Shown here: positions 61,886 to 64,000 of the stretch, piece by piece | Layout: every line of letters starts with the position of its first letter | Position numbering within the stretch: the stretch's first letter is position 1 | Position numbers and translations under genes: made by a program | The notes under the pieces: model-generated | Told to the model about the DNA's origin: nothing | Seen by the model: only the letters and a program-made list of their open reading frames with translations | The model's database searches: none | Source: Patescibacteria group bacterium | Lineage (GTDB): Bacteria > Patescibacteriota > Patescibacteriia > UBA10025 > JBIOWE01 | Assembly (NCBI GenBank): GCA_044868145.1 | Contig: JBIOWE010000004.1 | Coordinates: 333,860-397,859 of the forward strand | Reading direction: 5' to 3' | Length of the DNA: 64,000 bases

Positions 61886-63844
61886 ATGAAAAATCGAAAG
61901 CAACAACAGAAAAGAATAAAGAAATTTGCAGTTGTCTGCTTCATGTTTAGCGTTGTCGCAATTGTGTTGTTATTTGGATTCGGCATTGCCCGCGGTCAAT
62001 GGCAAGAGCCGACGGTCCCGCCGCCCGGATCAAATGTATCAGCGCCGATCAGTGTTGACGATCTAGTGGAAGCGAAGCAAGGCGGGCTGCTCATTGACCC
62101 AACGTATGTACTGGGAAGCGCCTTCTCATTACGTGGTGGTTCAAAGCTCGATGTCCGTGGCGAGGTGAAAGTTACGGGCACCTCCGCGGAGGTCGGTGGC
62201 GGCCTACAGATAGACAATTCGAGCGACGATTCTCTTGTTGTCTCGGGTACGCAAGTAGGTATTGGCACGGATGCGTTCGGTGTGGGGTACAAACTGACCG
62301 TAAATGGCGGCGGCATTGGCATTGGTTCGGAGGCGACGCCAGTGAGTAGTGACGGCGTGTATGCCTACAGCAATAATAACTGGGGGATTATCGCCGCCAG
62401 TACGGATGCTTCGGGCCGGGGCGCGGCATACGGCGAATATGCAGCCGGGTACGGCGTGCACGGCAAGAGTACTGCCGGCGCTGGCGTTATGGGTCAGTCC
62501 GCGGTGGGTTACGGCGTGTATGCGCACACAGCAAACGGCGGCACAACGTTACTCGGCGTGAATACGCTCACCGCCGGCAATTTCTGGGCGGGATATTTCG
62601 TGGGCAAACTCGGCGCAAGCGATGAAGTCGTTGGCGCGAAATTTTTGCCGACAAAATTGCAAAACTCACTCGTGCCGTACACGGTTGGTTGGCGGCAAAC
62701 ATTTACAACGGCCGTCGATGGTCCCGCGAACCTCGCGTTTGACGGCACGTACATCTGGGCCGCGAACGTGAACAGCACGACGGTTTCGAAGATTCGCGCG
62801 AGCGACGGGGTGAAAGTAACGGACGTGACCATTGGCAATGGAGTTCTTGACGTGGTGTTTGACGGAAGTTTTGTCTGGGTGTCTCGCTCCGGCGCATCGA
62901 ACCAGTTGGCAAAAGTTAATCCGTGGACTAATGCGATCGTCGCAACCTATGGCATTGACGCGAATGCGGCGAATCTACTTGTAACATCAGAAGGTGCGAA
63001 CACGTTTATCTGGTACGCGTCTACGTCAACGAATGCGGTACGCAAGTTGAACGCGAACGGCGTGCTGCAATGTTCGGCATCCGGACTCTCAACGCCGCGC
63101 GGGCTCGCGTACGACGGGATAAATGTGTGGGTTGCGAACAACGGAGCAAACAATGTTCTACGCATAAACTCAACATGCGGCAGTGTGGGCTCGTCTGTCG
63201 CTGTGACCGCACCGTTCAGACTCGCCTTTGACGGTTCTTACATGTGGGCGACAACGCGCAACGCCAGCTCGACAAACAACGTTACGAAAATATACGGCGC
63301 TGATGGCGTGATTGCGGGAACGTATTCAACGGGCGTGGCCCAGGCGAATGATTTAGCGTTCGACGGAACATTCTTCTGGGTGACGCACGATACCGCGGTT
63401 GTACGCATAGGCGCTGGCGACGGAACCGTGTATCCGGCGTTGACCAACCCGGGCGGTAACGCGTCAGGGGTCGTGTTCGACGGCACATACGCGTGGGTCG
63501 GGAAAGGATCAGGTAATGCGGTTGATCGCTATTACTCTGGCTCTGGCTGGGGTCATACCGACCCTTCAAGCATGGTCCAACTGCAAAGCTCGACGCCAGG
63601 CACTGCTCAAATCGGAGGATTCGCCATCACAGGGTCGGCCACGCTTGGCGGAAGCTTACAAGTCAACACAGGCGATCTGTCCGTGACCGGCAATACCTGG
63701 GGTGGGACAGCTGATCAATCAACTAGCGTTTCCGGAAATTCAGGAACAAATTCCTATAATTGCTCAACGAACGGATATTTCGTGAAAGGCATTGAGGTGA
63801 ACGCGTTCGGGCAAATCGTCAACTTTTTCTGTAGGCCACTATGA
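61886..63844 (+). CDS. secreted tail-fibre-like / YVTN-type beta-propeller repeat protein, paralog 3
   Basis: 652 aa with MKNRKQQQKRIKKFAVVCFMFSVVAIVLLFGF (signal-anchor), a Gly-rich N-region, FDG..W repeats (LAFDGTYIWAAN, VVFDGSFVWVSR, LAYDGINVWVAN, LAFDGSYMWATT, LAFDGTFFWVTH, VVFDGTYAWVGK) and the tail CSTNGYFVKGIEVNAFGQIVNFFCRPL. Confidence 0.6.
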   Translation: MKNRKQQQKRIKKFAVVCFMFSVVAIVLLFGFGIARGQWQEPTVPPPGSNVSAPISVDDLVEAKQGGLLIDPTYVLGSAFSLRGGSKLDVRGEVKVTGTSAEVGGGLQIDNSSDDSLVVSGTQVGIGTDAFGVGYKLTVNGGGIGIGSEATPVSSDGVYAYSNNNWGIIAASTDASGRGAAYGEYAAGYGVHGKSTAGAGVMGQSAVGYGVYAHTANGGTTLLGVNTLTAGNFWAGYFVGKLGASDEVVGAKFLPTKLQNSLVPYTVGWRQTFTTAVDGPANLAFDGTYIWAANVNSTTVSKIRASDGVKVTDVTIGNGVLDVVFDGSFVWVSRSGASNQLAKVNPWTNAIVATYGIDANAANLLVTSEGANTFIWYASTSTNAVRKLNANGVLQCSASGLSTPRGLAYDGINVWVANNGANNVLRINSTCGSVGSSVAVTAPFRLAFDGSYMWATTRNASSTNNVTKIYGADGVIAGTYSTGVAQANDLAFDGTFFWVTHDTAVVRIGAGDGTVYPALTNPGGNASGVVFDGTYAWVGKGSGNAVDRYYSGSGWGHTDPSSMVQLQSSTPGTAQIGGFAITGSATLGGSLQVNTGDLSVTGNTWGGTADQSTSVSGNSGTNSYNCSTNGYFVKGIEVNAFGQIVNFFCRPL

Positions 63845-64000
63845 AGAAAAATTTTTACCGAGCTTCAGCTCAGGGTGCAAGAATTATGGCTTTAGCCATT
63901 ACGAAGCATGCTCAATAAGATAAATCCATATTGGCCAAATAATACTACCTATTTCTTAACTGGCTCTACCTTCCTCCACTATCCTTATTTTAAAGAAGAT

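Overview
This 64 kb window has the character of a small, streamlined genome, most plausibly from a Candidate Phyla Radiation/Patescibacteria-type bacterium (inference from gene content and organisation). Core genes are interleaved with several dispersed small-repeat families and surface or secretion loci.

Housekeeping genes: trxA, trxB, gdhA, lspA, leuS, tsaC (Sua5/YrdC), rsmA/ksgA, recG, hisS, comF, a ClpC-like chaperone, htpX, lemA, comM/yifB, a two-component pair, an M23/LysM peptidase, and tRNA-Arg plus two tRNA-Ser.

Main accessory systems:
1. A roughly 22 kb type IV secretion (T4SS)-like locus, about 20.4-42.4 kb. It begins with a near-consensus promoter and a small Asp-rich membrane protein, then a giant 2626-aa cysteine-rich surface protein carrying a dockerin-type Ca-binding repeat pair, followed by a VirB6/TrbL-like polytopic protein. 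The second part holds a PrgI/VirB3-like protein, a VirB4 ATPase split into two ORFs by an in-frame TAA, membrane-anchored unknowns, two paralogs sharing a pilin-like two-helix membrane module (one cysteine-rich, one a VirB1-like SLT lytic transglycosylase) and a TolB-like propeller. No VirD4 or relaxase is present in the window.
2. Three tandem paralogous secreted proteins, 56.6-63.8 kb. Each has a tail-fibre-like Gly-rich N-terminal region, YVTN-type beta-propeller repeats (FDGxxxW[VT]xN motif) and a conserved Cys-bracketed C-terminal tail ending in CRPL. Two of them sit just downstream of a palindromic REP copy.
3. A REP-associated tyrosine transposase (RAYT; HuH plus C-terminal NPVRAGLV motif) at 7.8-8.4 kb. 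At least four dispersed GTAG-initiated palindromes (GTAGGTCGGGGCCAGGC[C/T]CCGACCTAC) look like its cognate REPs.
4. Two further MITE-like families, each with two copies, and a GC-rich hairpin cluster at 46.3-46.6 kb.

Other notable points: two copies of a 'four-helix-bundle' (23S rRNA intervening-sequence-type) gene, each flanked by short inverted repeats; a PHA-granule-region-like small gene with an apparent +1 frameshift in a G5 run; orphan tRNA 3' and 5' fragments flanking the tRNA cluster; and a partial NADPH-dependent FMN reductase gene running off the 5' edge of the window. Coordinates derived by hand counting may be off by 1-2 nt.
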